64,000 nt of DNA from Camelus dromedarius (lineage: Eukaryota). Below are positions 62,761 through 64,000 of this stretch, one piece after another. The notes under the pieces are model-generated. The model saw only the letters and a program-made list of their open reading frames with translations. It was not told the origin of the DNA and did no database searches. How positions within the stretch are numbered: the stretch's first letter is position 1; every line of letters begins with the position of its first letter. The translations under genes and the position numbers were made by a program. The stretch is from contig NC_087447.1 of NCBI RefSeq assembly GCF_036321535.1, positions 41,666,001-41,730,000 on the forward strand, in the 5' to 3' direction.

Positions 62761-62998
62761 ACAGTTATGTTTATGTATTCTCAATACAATATAATATTCA
62801 GGCATGTTTCACAGAATTTCAGCTGGATATTATTTTTATTGCGTTCCCTGGATATTTTGTATTAGTCGGCAGAAGATACAGAAATTTTAACATTTTAAGA
62901 AGAGATACCTTGTGTTGATTATTGTGTTGATTATTTTGCTGATTTCTGTATTTGACTGTGACTGAGCTCTTTTAAGACAGGGGCTGTATCCTACTTAG

Positions 62999-63426
62999 TT
63001 TTTTAAATTGAAGTATAGTTGAGTTTACAATATTGTGTTAGTTTTAGGTATATAACAAAGTGATTGTTTTATACATTTTTTTTAGAGTATTTTTCAGTAT
63101 AGGTTTTCAAGATATTGAAATTGTTCTGTGTTACACAGTAAATCCTTGTTGCTTATCTGTTTTACATATAGTAGTGTGTATAATCCCATACTCCTAATTT
63201 ATTCCTCCCCTACTTTCCCCTTTGGTAACCATAAGGTTGTTTTCTACATTAGTGAGTCTGTTTCTTTTTTGTATATAGATTCATTTGTATTATTTTTTAG
63301 ATTCTACATATAAGTGATATGTAATATTTGTCTTTGACTTACTTCATTTAGTATAATAATCTCTCTAGGTCCATCTGTGTTGCTGCAAATGGCATTATTT
63401 CATACTTTTTATGGCTAAGTAATATT

Positions 63427-63494
<68 letters not shown>

Positions 63495-63572
63495 AAATCA
63501 TATCTTCTTTAAACCAGTAGTCTTTTGATGAGCACTTGAGTTGCTTCCATCTTGGCTGTTGTAAGTGGTGCT
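62999..63572 (-). mobile_element. L1 3' end containing a TG microsatellite
   Basis: TTTTTAAATTGAAGTATAGTTGA..TTTTAGATTCTACATATAAGTGATAT..TAGGTCCATCTGTGTTGCTGCAAATGGCA. Confidence 0.85.
63429..63490. repeat. (TG)31 microsatellite
   Basis: Direct read; uninterrupted. Confidence 0.95.
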
Positions 63573-64000
63573 GGGATGCCTACTGATTTTTATATTCCTG
63601 GTGCCAGTAAAATCCTGGCACATAAAAGGCCCATAATAAATATGTGTAGAATGAATATTGAATCAACAGTTTACTTAGGTGGGGTGGCAGCCTAGATGCC
63701 ATCTTTCTCCTGCTTCCATTTTCTCTTTGAACAGGCACCTTCCTATATAATCTTACTAAAAAGAATTTCTGTTATAAATAGGTAGGATCTTTATTATAAC
63801 CACTAAATCACTTATTCCCAGGTTTTTTTTTCCTGATGAGATGCTAACTTTAATTTCCCTGAATTATTTTGATTACTAGGGTTAGAGATGAGGGAGACTA
63901 AGTCACTGTACAAGTTGCTAATGGGAATACAGGGATGATTATGGTTTCTTGCCATTCTTTCTTCATTATAAGGGATACTCTGCAGCCATGAAGGGGGGAG

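Larger units (their letters stand above)
44647..64000 (+). other. SBF2: SBF2 intron 1 (incomplete)
   Basis: No sequence encoding the expected continuation (SGEGLGKIIQRFPQKDW-like) was found; AT-rich and repeat-rich. Confidence 0.8.

Noticed and set aside
1..64000. CRISPR arrays, operons, rRNA, intact transposase or RT ORFs, ERV internal genes
   Set aside because: None seen; the DNA is mammalian and all mobile elements are truncated relics or solo LTRs.

Overview
Mammalian genomic DNA, very probably camelid (alpaca, llama or camel). This rests on five copies of a vic-1-type tRNA-derived SINE, the absence of Alu, Bov-tA, PRE-1 or CAN SINEs, and a pig-like ADM protein. Two genes lie head-to-head about 8.7 kb apart. 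The complete four-exon adrenomedullin gene ADM is on the minus strand (about 35780 to 33485, 186-aa prepropeptide). The CpG-island promoter and first coding exon of SBF2/MTMR13 are on the plus strand (ATG 44592), and its intron 1 runs to the window end. The rest is intergenic or intronic DNA dense in L1, L2, L3, MIR, LTR and hAT relics, several nested with readable target-site duplications (TSDs). Almost all ORFs in the supplied track are spurious. I see no convincing new multi-gene system. The best leads are: (1) an orphan retroposed 656-bp non-repeat sequence with a poly(A) tail and a 17-bp TSD; (2) a MER41-like solo LTR retaining a STAT GAS motif 23 kb from the ADM start; (3) lineage-specific changes in adrenomedullin, including loss of the NAGNAG acceptor; (4) HRE-dense candidate enhancers 3' of ADM; (5) two uORFs in the SBF2 leader. 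Repeat family names and cross-species comparisons come from recall of consensus sequences, not from a database search.
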